This document shows, one piece after another, positions 39,818 to 52,165 of a stretch of DNA of 62,111 bases. Position 1 is the first letter of the stretch. The number at the start of each line of letters is the position of its first letter. The DNA is taken from positions 2,249,508 to 2,311,618 of the forward strand of contig NC_068988.1 in the NCBI RefSeq assembly GCF_001194135.2, read 5' to 3'. The translations under genes and the position numbers were made by a program. This DNA is from Octopus bimaculoides (Eukaryota). The notes under the pieces are model-generated. The model was not told where the DNA came from, ran no database searches, and saw only the letters and a list, made by a program, of their open reading frames with translations.

Positions 39818-40809
39818 AATGGTAGCATCATTGATGCTGTCAATAATGAAAGCTGAATTGATGTGATGACTGCCGGTGAGTGGATAGGTCAGGTGTAGAG
39901 AGCCAGAATTAATCTGTGGTTACTATCAGTGGATCAATGGGGAAAAAATATGAAGTGTGTCTCAAATTTAATGTAGTGGTAATCCCCTGAAGAATAAAAG
40001 ATGTTTGAAACCTGGAGATCATACAGATCACACAGATAACCCACTGATAGTGGAACGATTGGTGAGAAGTGGATAAAGAATCTGATCGTTGAAACAATTT
40101 AAAGATAAACCACTGTTGAGTTGCTGCTGTGACAGAGAACATTTGCCAGAAATATATTGGTTAGAATGGAATCAATTTTGAAAACTAAATAACTAGATAA
40201 AAAAAAAATAATAAAATATAAGAATTAAAAAAAAAAGTTAGAAAGAAACAAAAATGTGTAAGAAATAGAAATCTCAAGCTTCTATATTCTCTAAAAGATT
40301 CAAATGTAATGGTGTTAATTTATTGCATTTTAACAAAAAAACTATTTTTAATAATTGGTAAATATGAACAAAGATATTCTTGCAGTATCAGGTGAAGAGC
40401 TGCTAGTTTGATTGTAATTTACTTTGGATTGCTATATTTAAAGGTGATTCAGTGTTTCATTACCTGCTTAATGACAACTAAAACTCACTAAATATAATCT
40501 TGCAGCTGATGTAGGACGAAGAGAAGCTTTATTTCATTTTTATAGACGGAGGTTCAAGTTTTGAATGGATTCAGCAGAATCAACAGAATATTTAATGAGT
40601 TGCTTCATTATTTTAATGACATTGGATTGACATTTAATGGAAATATTAATGTAAGATGTCACACACCATACAGGGACAAGGGAGGCTGTGTGATGTGAAT
40701 GTGTGTGATAAATGCACCTTTTACAGACATTACTCATCATCATCATCATCATCATCATCATCACCACCATCTCTGTCTCCTCCTCTTCCTCCTCCTCCTC
40801 CNNNNNNNN

Positions 40810-41440
40810 NNCATCATCATCATCATCAGCATCATTGTTTTAATGTCTACTTTTCCATAGATTAGACAGGATTGATTGAAACAGGTTTTTCTACGGCCTG
40901 ATGCCATTCCTGCTTCCAACACTCACCTGTCTCCAAGCAAAGTAGTATTTCCTAATGGCTAGACATGTTTGCATGAACGCAGAGAAACAACACCACTTAT
41001 AAGATGGTGACACTCATTTACAATTATTGCATGATCAAGGACACACAAATACACAACACACACCTTTGCCTACACACACATATGCATATATCATCATCAT
41101 CATCATCATCCTCATTTAACGTCAAGCTTCCATGCTGCAATTGCTTACAGTTTGATAGAGTCCAGTGAGTCTGAGGACTGAGTTATGCAACAATGTCTTC
41201 TGGGGCTTCTACGGATCTACTTTCTAATTCCAACCACCTTATAGAGTGTACTGGGTCATCATCATCGTCATTTAACGTCCGTTTTCTGTGCTGGCATGTG
41301 TTGAGTGGTTTGACAGGAGATGGCGAGCTGCACCAGACTCCAGTTGTCTCTTTTGACACCTGTTTCTATGGCTGGGTTCCCTTCCTAATGCCAACCACTT
41401 TACAAAGTGTATTGGGGATGCTTTTGATGTGACACCAGCA
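40810..41440 (-). mobile_element. Three successive family C-type SINE tails or fragments
   Basis: (CAT)n followed by tttaatgtc/tttaacgtc at about 40835, 41112 and 41268. Confidence 0.7.
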
Positions 41441-41712
41441 TGAAAAGTAGATTCAAGTAGTAATTAAGCTCCTATCAATGAATCAACTCATTAGAAATTT
41501 AATTCCTGTCTAAAAGAATTCCAGTCTTACGCCACTAAATAATGGAGTGCTGTTGCAACTTACTTCCTCTTACCTTAATCAATAAAGTTCTCTGTGAAAA
41601 CTATAATCAAATCCTTAAATGGAGGTCAACACAATTTTGTGTTGTAGTTTGCTTGAAGTAGTGTAGTACATAAATAGAATAAGGAATGAAATGAGGAATA
41701 AGAAAACCCTTT

Positions 41713-41941
41713 ATATTTCAGGCTCAAAGGCCTATCTTCAGAAGAATACAACCAACGAAATGTGTAATTACATAGGTCTTGCCATTTTGGATAGCCAGCT
41801 GGCCAATGACCCCGTTTTAGTCTGGCGCTTGTGCTAAAGGCTATTGCTAGCACAAGCACTGGACTATCCAAAAAGGCAGGACCTATGTAAACACATGTTT
41901 CTTTGTATTCTTCTGAAGATAAATCTTTGTGCCTGAAATAT
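41713..41941. mobile_element. MITE with ~85-bp imperfect TIRs
   Basis: atatttcaggctcaaaggcctatcttcagaagaataca...cataggtcttgccattttggatagccag pairs with ctggactatccaaaaaggcaggacctatg...tgtattcttctgaagataaatctttgtgcctgaaatat. Confidence 0.85.
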
Positions 41942-43263
41942 TCTTTAAACTTTTGGCATTGTTAGGAGCTTTTCTTATTTCTTATTTCGTTCATTATTCT
42001 AAATAATATTGTATTTAAATTGAGCAACAGAAAACACATTTGGCTGGATTCAGTTTGAACTCAGAAATAGGATGTCTTAAAGTCGATTAGGAGAACCATT
42101 TAATATCTATCCTCAGCACATTGGCATAATTCTTCCAAAACTATTTTACTGTTGCATTCTTTAATTCAGTAATTCTTGTAATAGTTTATCATTCAGCATT
42201 GCACATCATAACTTCTTTTGCAGTAATTGGACTTCATCTCTAAAGACCAGTAATGTTCTGTCTCTAACCAAAATGACCTCAAGAATACAATACAATGAGG
42301 AATATGTTACAGAAGGAATTTTTTTTTTTCTCCCTTCTAAAAATCTTTCGAGTTCTTATCCTGAATACAAGCCAAATATTGTAATGAATTCGATGTTTAG
42401 CATTTTGGTGAAACTCTCACCTTCATAAACATCCAAAACCTTTCAAAACCATTCTCTTGTAACTTTCATTGCTGTACAAAGCCATTTCTGTTTACATTCT
42501 TTAGAAGCAATTCTTTCATTCTGGCCATTGTGTATCTTCCAGATTAGTCTTCTACAAACACACAGAGATGAATTATTAAACATACGAAACAGTGCCATTT
42601 CTACAATTATTCTCTTAATATCGCATACTTTGTTCCCTTTAAAAAATTCTTATCAGCATAATTGCTGACCATTGAAGGTATTTCTCTCTGAGGCAATACT
42701 TCCAAATGCTAACACATTACGTTATTTCCTTTTAACAAATTCATTATCTGCTTCAGTAGATTTTGCTGGGAAATAGTTGCCAGTTCCATAGAATAGTTTC
42801 CTATATTAGTTTTCATGTTTTAGCAGAACTAATATACATATTTTGATATGCTTCTTTGTAGAATATTAAATATTTATAGTTCCTCGTGATAAATGAAGAT
42901 GATTCATAAGTTTTATCCCAATATACTATTCAGAATGAATAATGTGAATGTACTAATCTGTATGTCTTTGTATAATTCCTGATTAATGCTTCCTTGCTAA
43001 CATTTTGAACTGTTTTATACATAAATGTGCATCTCTCGATATTGAATTTAAGCAGAATATCTGCAAAGTTAAGATGTTGAGTTATTTATCACTTGGTCAT
43101 AAGTTCAAACCTTACTGGTACAGCTATTGTGTTATGTCCTGGGGGAGAAAGTACATAACTGCTTTCATTCAGTTGCTAGAGAACTATAAAAACTATTACG
43201 GAGAGAATATCCATGAAAATCCTCACAAACTTTAATGCATACACACAAACACATATGTATATG

Positions 43264-43303
<40 letters not shown>

Positions 43304-43388
43304 TATTGTGTGTGCGTGTATATATATATACACACATACATACATATGTGTATGTATGTGTGCATACAAATATATATGTGCATATGTA

Positions 43389-43430
<42 letters not shown>

Positions 43431-43849
43431 TATACATATAGCATAGAAACACTGAATGTCCACATTTTCTGTTTTCATGGGAAGTGCATTGACCTGGAAA
43501 GAGAGGAAAACTGATCCAAAAGTTAAGACAGTACAAATAAAATCTTTTACAACAACTTCCTGAAGTAAAAACTGGTAGCCACAACAATAAAAAACTATAA
43601 AATAGGATTTAGTTGTATGAATAAAAAAAATAACATCATTATTTGAAAGTCAGAAGATAACATACGAGTTGCAATCATCATCATAAACATTTCTCTGTAA
43701 CTACTATTACAGCACTTATGTTATTGTATTATCATACAGCATGGCATTCCTCTACTGGAGGAAGCAAATAGATTTTGAATGAAACAGATGCAAATACTGC
43801 ATCAGGTTGATGAAGATGTGAATATTTTGTGTAGCTTTCTGTCAGACAT

Positions 43850-44055
43850 AATAATGCTGGTGTCATTGAAAAAAGCACCCAGTACACTCTGTAAAGTGGT
43901 TGGTGTTAAGAAGGGTATCGAACCATAGAGGCCCTGCTAAAACAGGCAATTGGAGTCTGGTGCAGCCCTCTGGCTTGCCAGCTCCAGTCAAACTGTTCAA
44001 CCCATGCAAGCATGGAAAGCATGCATTGAATGATGATGACGATGGTGATGGTGAT
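43850..44055 (+). mobile_element. SINE family C
   Basis: aaaagcacccagtacactctgtaaagtggttggtgttaag...caacccatgcaagcatggaaagc then (gat)n. Confidence 0.85.
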
Positions 44056-44059
44056 GGTG

Positions 44060-44345
44060 GTGTTGGTACTCAAGTTGAGGATCTCTCAAAGGCTGAGGAA
44101 ACTGCATATCAGAGTTTATGGAGATGAACCAAAGATACTAAGATTGCAGCAGGTTTTTGAGACTTTTGTAGGTGAGTGTTGAAACCTTTTCTGCATTCCT
44201 TGATATTGCAGTGATTGATAGATTTAAATAATCAGTTTAATTAGCAGAGTTGTTTAAGTGCAAGATAAAACAACATGTGGTATTTCTTCCAGATCATTTG
44301 ATTCCAATTTTGCTGTGGCCAAATTTGTTTTCCATTCTTTTGGAA
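44060..44345 (-). mobile_element. Possible Dong/R4 LINE RT relic
   Basis: Minus-strand KEWKTNLATAKLESNDLEEIP loosely resembles the R4/Dong WxTxL...EI segment preceding GIFQGD. Weak. Confidence 0.3.
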
Positions 44346-44354
44346 TCAATGCCG

Positions 44355-44575
44355 TAAGGTGACAAGCTGGTAGAATCGTTAGCATGCGAAGCAAAAGGCT
44401 TTTCAGCATTTCATCAATCTTTATATTTTGTGTTCAAATTCTACCAAGATCGACTTTGCCTTTCATTGATAAAATGAGGGTCAATAAAATGAGTTCCAGT
44501 TGAGCACAAGGGTCAATATAATCAGCTTACCTCCCCCCCTGAAATTGCTGGCCTTGTGCCAAAATTTGAATACCA
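44355..44575 (+). mobile_element. SINE family B
   Basis: gctggtagaatcgttagcatg...gttcaaattctaccaagatcgactttgcctttcat...cttgtgccaaaatttgaa. Confidence 0.85.
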
Positions 44576-44934
44576 TTCCAAGGCGGCAGATTAATGGAAG
44601 TGTCAAAGCAAGAGATTAAGTATCTTGTAATATTTGTTTTAGTTCTTTGAGAATTGAGTTCTAGTGGGGTGGGGATGGATTCGGTCTGTCATCTGGTTTA
44701 ACACCTTCTCCACCTGGTCCCTTGCTGGGTTTAATGCACTTCACTGTGTTGTAGGCATTCAGAGCAGGGCTCCATTTTGAATGTAACTTTGTCCTGTTCT
44801 CAAGGGCTTTGGATGCCCAGAAAAAAATAAAGGAAAATTGTGGTTCTAGCTTTGAATAATTAAAGAAAAAAGAAAAGTAATTAAGCTTGTAAAAATAATT
44901 AGTGTTGCTACAGTGAAATTTTCTATGTAAACGT

Positions 44935-45465
44935 TTAGGATCTTAACTGATTGGAAGTTTTATCATGTACATTGATTTGTCTTGGTATAAAAGATGGGCT
45001 GCAGGGAATATTCTGCTCAATACCACAGATTTGCTTGTCAGTTGTTTGACCTTAACCAGTTGAGCATGTCCTTTAGTGGCTGACGATATGTGCATCTATG
45101 ATCATTTGCAGAAGTAGTGGGGGAGCATCATAGCCATGTGTTGAAAAGAATTCTTTGGGGTTTGGATAATTCACCTCTGGGAACATGGGTGTTTTGTTCA
45201 ACATCTTTAAACAACCCTTTTTCAGGAATCTTTTGAGTAGGATGGGATACTTGACCTGAAGAAAACTCTAACTAGGTCCCACCTGTGAAGTCATGCACTG
45301 TTTCTCTTGATATGAGATCACCATGTCATGCACATATGGTTGTGATGCATGTGCCTGGTGTACCCTTATCAGACGGGTAGTCATGATGTGTGTACTGGGC
45401 TTCGTATATTTGACCCTAGTGTCACATTGATGGCATGCACTGCTCTCTCATTCAATAATAATAAT
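44935..45465 (+). mobile_element. Interspersed repeat ending in (AAT)n; class uncertain (LINE 3'-UTR or SINE)
   Basis: Recalled as a high-copy Octopus repeat (ggtataaaagatgggct...aataccacagatttgcttgtcagttg). Single copy here, with an aataataataat tail. Confidence 0.5.
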
Positions 45466-45779
45466 GCCCCATAACCATCAATAGTTTGTTGGGTTGGTAT
45501 TAAAGGTTTTGCCTTCATGTAGGAATAAATTGGTCTAACAGACATGAAGACCTTTCCATGTTTCTGATCATGAGTGGAAGTAACAGATACAAAAATGTAA
45601 GACAAGTGAAGTAGTTTTATTAGAAATTGAACTGCAAGCCTAACTAGACTGAATTTTCCCCCAAAATGTTGATAAGGGTGTAGAAATTGATAGCTGCAAC
45701 TCTTCAAGGAAACAATAGAACATTCTTTATGAAAAGGCTCATTAAGAGATTGTGGGAGCTCTATAATTACAAGTTTAGT

Positions 45780-46345
45780 TTCAGAAACCTTCTAATTGGA
45801 CAAGATTATAAAGATAACAGACATTCTGATGGCATAAATAGCTCAAGGAAGAAGCTGTAAGGGTGTTGGGAGAAGAAATCATCAGGAATGCTAATAAAGT
45901 TAGAGTTTTGGAAATATTTGAAGTTCAATGCATTTTAGCTGTTGCCAAAATAATTTTTCTGTAAAGGAGTCCATCCAAATTTAGCAGCACCACTTCTAAA
46001 GAACTCAGCAGAAGGGACTTTTAAAATTATGAATAATTATCTCGATTAATTATTATGTAAAACAAAAGAAAAATTCTCATTCAACCGAGGAAGAAAGATT
46101 AAAAGGAAAAAACTCCTCATCCAACAGAAAAAAAAAAATAGCTTAAGAAAACGAGAAACATCTGAAAACGTTTTCAACATCAGATATCTGGTGGAAATGT
46201 AATTAAAATGCGAAGGGAATAACTAGGAACTTAATATCCTGTACCCAAAACCAATGGTTGGTACTTGAAAAGAAGACTGGACAACTTACAAAAAGAGGTG
46301 GAAAAGTCAGAGGTCAAGATAGTGAAACTTATAACCAACATCACT
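45780..46345 (+). mobile_element. Old RTE-like RT relic
   Basis: Fragments EAVRVLGEEI, RETSENVFNIRYLVE and LKRRLDNLQKEVEKSEVKIVK occur in the order expected for an RTE RT. Confidence 0.55.
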
Positions 46346-46490
46346 CAAGAATGGGACAAGTAAAGAGTGATTTAGTTCCTCCATGGCCAACTGAACCATG
46401 TCAGCATAGAAAAAAAATGACTGTGTTGTCATGATTTTAATGAGAGTCATCAACAACCATACGCACATATATGCGCATAGACAAATACAC

Positions 46491-46523
<33 letters not shown>

Positions 46524-47048
46524 NNNNNNNNNNNNNNNNNNNNNNNNNNNNNNNNNNNNNNNNNNNNNNNNNNNNNNNNNNNNNNNNNNNNNNNNNNNNN
46601 NNNNNNNNNNNNNNNNNNNNNNNNNNNNNNNNNNNNNNNNNNNNNNNNNNNNNNNNNNNNNNNNNNNNNNNNNNNNNNNNNNNNNNNNNNNNNNNNNNNN
46701 NNNNNNNNNNNNNNNNNNNNNNNNNNNNNNNNNNNNNNNNNNNNNNNNNNNNNNNNNNNNNNNNNNNNNNNNNNNNNNNNNNNNNNNNNNNNNNNNNNNN
46801 NNNNNNNNNNNNNNNNNNNNNNNNNNNNNNNNNNNNNNNNNNNNNNNNNNNNNNNNNNNNNNNNNNNNNNNNNNNNNNNNNNNNNNNNNNNNNNNNNNNN
46901 NNNNNNNNNNNNNNNNNNNNNNNNNNNNNNNNNNNNNNNNNNNNNNNNNNNNNNNNNNNNNNNNNNNNNNNNNNNNNNNNNNNNNNNNNNNNNNNNNNNN
47001 NNNNNNNNNNNNNNNNNNNNNNNNNNNNNNNNNNNNNNNNNNNNNNNN

Positions 47049-47100
<52 letters not shown>

Positions 47101-47334
47101 AAAGTCTATGAGAATTACTTAATACAGTTTTTGAAGTGTACAGATGACTTTTTAAAAAAATTACATCTAAAAAGAAAATATTATGAAATTTAATATAAGG
47201 ATGTTACTAACCTTTTGGGGAAGAAATTTTTTTCTAGTGTGTGAGTACTTTCATTTAACCTTTTCAAACACAGTTATATATGAATATATATATATATTAT
47301 AGAAAGAGAAGATGTATTTCCAAGCAGGAAAAAA

Positions 47335-47425
47335 TATAGGAGAATTTGTTTAAGGGTTTCAAAATGCACCTGAATGTTTACTAAATTCAGGTGCATTTGC
47401 AAACCCTCAAGCATATTCTTCTATA
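47335..47425. other. 91-bp near-perfect palindrome (41-bp arms, 9-nt loop)
   Basis: tataggagaatttgtttaagggtttcaaaatgcacctgaat-gtttactaa-attcaggtgcatttgcaaaccctcaagcatattcttctata. 6 mismatches; TA at both ends. Confidence 0.9.
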
Positions 47426-47446
47426 TATATATATATAATATATATA

Positions 47447-47700
47447 TCATCATCACCATCATCATCATTTAACGTCTGCTTTCCATACTGGCATGGGTTG
47501 GATGGTTTGACATGGAGCTGGCTAGCAGGGAGCTATCCAGACACCAATTGTCTGTTGTGGCATGGTTTCTATGGTTGGATGCCCTTCCTAATGCCTACCA
47601 CATTACAGAGTGTGTTGGATGCTTTTTATGTGCCACTGATATGGATGCTGTAATGCAGCTCTGGCACGGCTGCTTTTCCTGTGGCACCAGCACCTAGAGG
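47447..47700 (-). mobile_element. SINE family C
   Basis: (CAT)n, then tttaacgtctgctttccatactggcatgggttggatggtttgac. Confidence 0.85.
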
Positions 47701-47838
47701 TAAGACAAGATTTTTCATGTCTGTTGCACTCACACATATTTGCCAGTATATAAACATTGAAACTTTACTCTAGTGTCGTAAATGTATTGACTGCTATTTC
47801 CACTAAATATCGGTGCCTTGTACTACTACTCTCTCTCT

Positions 47839-47874
<36 letters not shown>

Positions 47875-47956
47875 GTATCTATATCTATCTATCTATCTAT
47901 CTATCTTTCTATCTATCTATCTATCTATATATATATATATAGATAGATAGATATAT

Positions 47957-48380
47957 AGTGATACTTGAAGAAGCTGATGAGAGATTCACCAGAGAGGAAA
48001 GTGTTTGTCTCTAGACCTTTCAGATGTGTCCACCATAAGCATTCTTTCACCATAGCCACAAGTACGATGAAAATGGCTCTTCCTTCCCATTTCAAGGAAA
48101 GAGGCGTGGACAATATTCACAATAGACTCGGTTGATAAATTAACTTGTCGCACATGCGATAGCAGTCATTCGACATAGGCCCAAAGGTCAGAAATGGTTG
48201 GACATTGTACGAGTGCATGCAGAACTGTTTTGCTGCTCTGATTATATCTTGGGCAGGTCGGCCCCATGTTTGTAGAGCTTATCCTGAATGGGTAGCGCTT
48301 GTTGATAGCACTGCCAGGCCAGGGATCTCTGAAAGTTGTCCATAGGTTCTGGCCCGAAAGTCATCTTGAACAGGTAGGTC
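47957..48380 (-). mobile_element. Tx1/L1-clade LINE ORF2 C-terminal (zf-RVT-like) fragment
   Basis: With frameshifts: FQRSLAWQCYQQALPIQDKLYKHG...PRYNQSSKTVLHALVQCPTISDLWAYVE...FIVLVAMVKECLWWT. Resembles the L1/Tx1 W...LP...C...ET..H....C....W motif. Confidence 0.75.
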
Positions 48381-48416
48381 AGTCATGGAGATGAGGTGTG
48401 GGAAAGCATGCCTCAT

Positions 48417-48464
<48 letters not shown>

Positions 48465-48530
48465 GGTAGGTAGATAGATAGATAGATAGATAGATAGGTA
48501 GGTAGGTAGGTAGGTAGGTAGGTAGGTAGG

Positions 48531-48588
<58 letters not shown>

Positions 48589-48590
48589 TA
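48417..48590. repeat. (GACA)n(GATA)n(GGTA)n(GATA)n array
   Basis: Directly visible. Confidence 0.95.
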
Positions 48591-49409
48591 AGAATGTACA
48601 TAGATATATATTAGTGTATGTATGTGTGTGCATGTATTTATTTATATGACAAAAATCTAGTTGCTAGATATGTATTTACTTCATCAAAGGTTAGATTAAA
48701 TTCTTTCTTTAAATAAAATACTTTCCTAGAATTTATTTCACTGAATTTTCAAGTAAAAACTAAATCTAATCTAAAAATACAACTTTTAGCTGCTATAAGA
48801 AACCGAACGTTAAAAATAATCAAGTTTTGGAACTTAGAGAAAAATAGGATTTATCTTAGTTCCAATGAATTCTCAACCTGTATTAAAATAAATCTGACAT
48901 GTTTCAATGGATCAGAGAAAAAGTTTGCTTTCTAGTTTATAAATCAGTCAACATTAAACTGATGTTTGAACAAATCCTCTCACTCATACAACCATTGCAT
49001 TATTCCTTAAATTCTTTAGTTTTTCCTTTTCTTAAAAAAAATGTCTTTTTTTTTTATTGTCATGAATTAAAAATGTCACAGAAAAATAAATTTTATATTT
49101 GAAGTCTTTTTAACTATGAAGTGCCTAATTAAATTAATATTTTTTTCTTATTTTTGATGAGAATTTAGATCTAAATTTTTGTGTATTTCTAAAGATGTTT
49201 CTCTTAATTTCGTTTTCTTTCATAAAACAGTTAATTGCTTCAGAATACTTGATTGCTGTTAGAGACAAAGGGAAACAAGAATTAGATGAATGGTTCTACT
49301 TAAAGTTTGACCAACTAGAAAATGTAGAAGTTTACATATTTTCATAACTTATAATTAAATATTAACAGATTAATGACCATATGTTGATTGTGAAAATGAT
49401 GCATTTAGC

Positions 49410-49557
49410 TTGATGTGGTCCTTGATGTGGTCCTTGATGTGGTCCTTGATGTGGTCCTTGATGTGGTACTTCATGTGGTCCTTCATGTGGTCCTTCATGT
49501 GGTCCTTCATGTGGTCCTTCATGTGGTACTTCATGTGGTCCTTCATGTGGTCCTTCA
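49410..49557. repeat. 12-bp minisatellite tt(g/c)atgtggt(c/a)c, 12 full units plus a partial unit
   Basis: Units 1-5 are ttg, units 6-12 are ttc. Units 5 and 10 end in gtac. Confidence 0.95.
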
Positions 49558-49624
49558 CAGCTATTACAAGGCAGATAAGCCTTTCTTCATATTTCAAACC
49601 AGGATTAGATACTTTTAATTTTTT

Positions 49625-50007
49625 TATTCTTTTACTTGTTTCAGTGATTAGACTGTGGCCATGCTGGTGCAATGCCTTGAAGAATTTTAGTCAACTAATT
49701 GGATCCCTTTACTTAATTTCAAGCCTAGTACTTATTCTATTGGTCCCTTTGGCCAAATTGCTAAGTTAGAGGGATATAACACACCAGCAACGATTGTCAA
49801 GTGGTTGGGGGACAAACCCCCCCCCACACACACACACACATATATGATGGGCTTCTTTCAGTTTCCACTTACCATTTCCACTCACAAGGCTTTGCTTGGC
49901 CTGAGGCTATAGTAAAAGACCCTTGTCCAAAGTACCATGCAGTGGGACTGAACCTGGAATCATGTTGTTGGAGAGCAATCTTCTGACCACACAGCCATGC
50001 CTGTGCC
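49625..50007 (-). mobile_element. SINE family A, full length, inverted
   Basis: Reverse complement aligns with 38607-39340. Confidence 0.9.
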
Positions 50008-50639
50008 TAGATATTTAAAATTTTCATAAACCCTGTCCTCCTGGGGCACAAATCTGCACCCACAATCACTCATTGGCCACTAAAGACTTGAATTCTTCCA
50101 ATTTTACTTCTGCTGGTTGTAACCTCTTTGTATTTGTTGCCAAATTCTGAAATTGGTCAAGAAACAAGTGAAATTTCCCTAAAACCAAACCCATAAAAGA
50201 ATAAACCATGCCTGAAGAAAAAAAGGGACAAGATTATCAAAGGTAAAATGTCTTTAATCCTAAGCCTGTTGGATTAGGATTAACTTTGGGCTAAACAACA
50301 ACTACACAGTACACACTGTATGCCTTGATAGAATGTTTACTGAAGTCAGAGTAATTGACTGACGAGAAGATAGTGCTCCAGCATGGCTAGTGGTCTTCTT
50401 CTTCTTCTTCTTCTTCTTCTTCTTCTTCGTCCCCTTCCTCCCCCCTTCCCCCTCCTCCTCTTTCCTAGTAGTAGTAGTAGTAGTTTTCTTGGAATGAAAA
50501 TGAATTCTTCAGAATACTGCAGTATGATGGCACTCAAGAATTTATTAGCAGAAAAATACTAACGAGGCTAAAACATCATGGTGAGAACAGTGTTCTAATA
50601 TTGAAGAATGCAGCCATGAAATCTGCCAAAGAAAGTTTT

Positions 50640-50800
50640 TGAATACACAGAGACAATAACAGATAGGAATAACAAAATATCGTACATCATGTGAAATGTG
50701 TGCCCTCCTGGAAAGTTTCTAGACCTTATTGTATGCAGAATCGGTGAGTGAAACACTCTACTCTCATAAATGGAAACACCATGAAATCCCTAATTAGATG
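50640..50800 (+). mobile_element. Possible Dong/R4 LINE C-terminal relic
   Basis: RNNKISYIM*NVC...HKWKHHE resembles the RHxKVAxxIHWxLC...KWYxH motif of R4/Dong. Confidence 0.35.
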
Positions 50801-51580
50801 GTACATGGAAGAATTCCTTATAATGAAGGATATAAACAATGGGAAAGCTTTTGGGAATTATTGATTTTTATAGAAATTATTATTGAGAGGTATCTTTGTA
50901 GAGACAACCGACAATGATCTCTTGATAAAGCTTCCACCTGTTGAATAGAAGGTGATAGCAGAGATGAAAGAAGAAAGAGGCCCTCTTTCGAATGAGAAAG
51001 CCATTCTGAGAAATTGCCCATGATCATTAACAAATTTATTCACCAAAAAATATTTTGTGGAGAGTACTTTTGTTTGTCCCTTCCACTGGTCCAATGTTCC
51101 CTGTCTTTTCAAGATTATATTGATAAGGATTTCTTCATTTCTTTATTTGCGAGAGGAGAAAGCATTTCAGTTCCCCAAAGATGATATAATCACACATTCG
51201 TAAACATCCAATTCTCTGAGGAATTAAAATGTATATTTGTCTTTCTCTTGGGGGAAAATAAAGGAATCCTCAATAATATTTGGAAGAAATTAGAAACATT
51301 ATTTTGATAACAGAGAAGAATCAAAATGCTCTTTTATAAAGTAAACGAAGACTGAGTCATGTTAAGAATACAAGAAGGGTTTTATATTAAGTTTTGTTTC
51401 CTTCTGAGTCGAGGGTCCCTCAGTGAGGTAAAACCCTCACTTCTTACAGATTATGTGTGTGTGTGTGACTGAGTCTGTGTTTGTTAGCATACAAATGCAC
51501 ACATATATACATACATGCACGCATGCACACACACACACACACACAAACATACACACACACACACATACACACACACACAC

Positions 51581-51830
51581 AGCCTAGTGGTTAGGTGTTG
51601 CACTCACAGTCACAAGACCATGGTTCAATTCCTGGAAGAGGTAGTGCATTGTGTTCTTGAACAAGACACTTCATTTTATGCTGCTCTGCAATTACTTTGA
51701 GATGTGATGTGTGGTACCTTATGCACCTGTACAGGAAACATCACACAAACTATAAGCAAATCATTTGTGCAGATCGATCAGCAAAAATTGAACAAGTCAT
51801 GTGTCGTCTTCAGTGGGAGATTCCTTCATA
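51581..51830 (+). mobile_element. tRNA-headed SINE related to family D
   Basis: A-box-like tagtggttagg, B-box-like ggttcaattcc, then cattgtgttcttgaacaagacacttcatttta. Confidence 0.7.
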
Positions 51831-52004
51831 TATATGCTTGTGAAGGAATACTGACATGTGTTTTATCATTTTCATCAGCATTGAATTTAACATAGAAGAA
51901 AATGACTGCTGTTGACTCTTTTTAATATTTCCTAGTTTGTCTCATTGTGGCAAAGTCACTATTGTCTCAAAAAATACTGCCTCTTTATTGTCAAGGAAGG
52001 CCGT

Positions 52005-52165
52005 AGAGTCCTATGGTATTAGGAAGGGCATTGAGCCACAGAAACTATGTCCAGTCAGATAATTGGATACTAACGTAGCTCCCTGGTTTGCCAGCTCCTG
52101 TCAAACCATCCAACCCATGCCCAGCATGGAAAACAGACGTTAAATGACAATGATGATGATGATGA
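52005..52165 (+). mobile_element. SINE family C tail
   Basis: caaaccatccaacccatgcccagcatggaaaacagacgttaaatg then (gat)n. Confidence 0.85.

Noticed and set aside
44150-44178. tttgtag|gtgagt (and ttttaag|gtaagc on the minus strand near 32265) as recursive splice sites
   Set aside because: Several such motifs are expected by chance in 62 kb on two strands, and the first lies in a probable LINE relic.
47970-48005. ctgatga...gaaa as a hammerhead
   Set aside because: No stem II can form, and it is the antisense of the Tx1/L1 ORF.
49410-49575. Third plus frame reads (TGA-C-G-P)x5 then (S-C-G-P)n, suggesting selenocysteine repeats
   Set aside because: No start or acceptor, and no SECIS-like structure seen. 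A TGA/TCA repeat variant explains it.
50690-50750. NVCPPGKF looks TNFR-like, and cag|AATCG|gtgagt looks like a 5-nt exon
   Set aside because: A stop lies immediately upstream, and the segment is better explained as a Dong/R4 relic.
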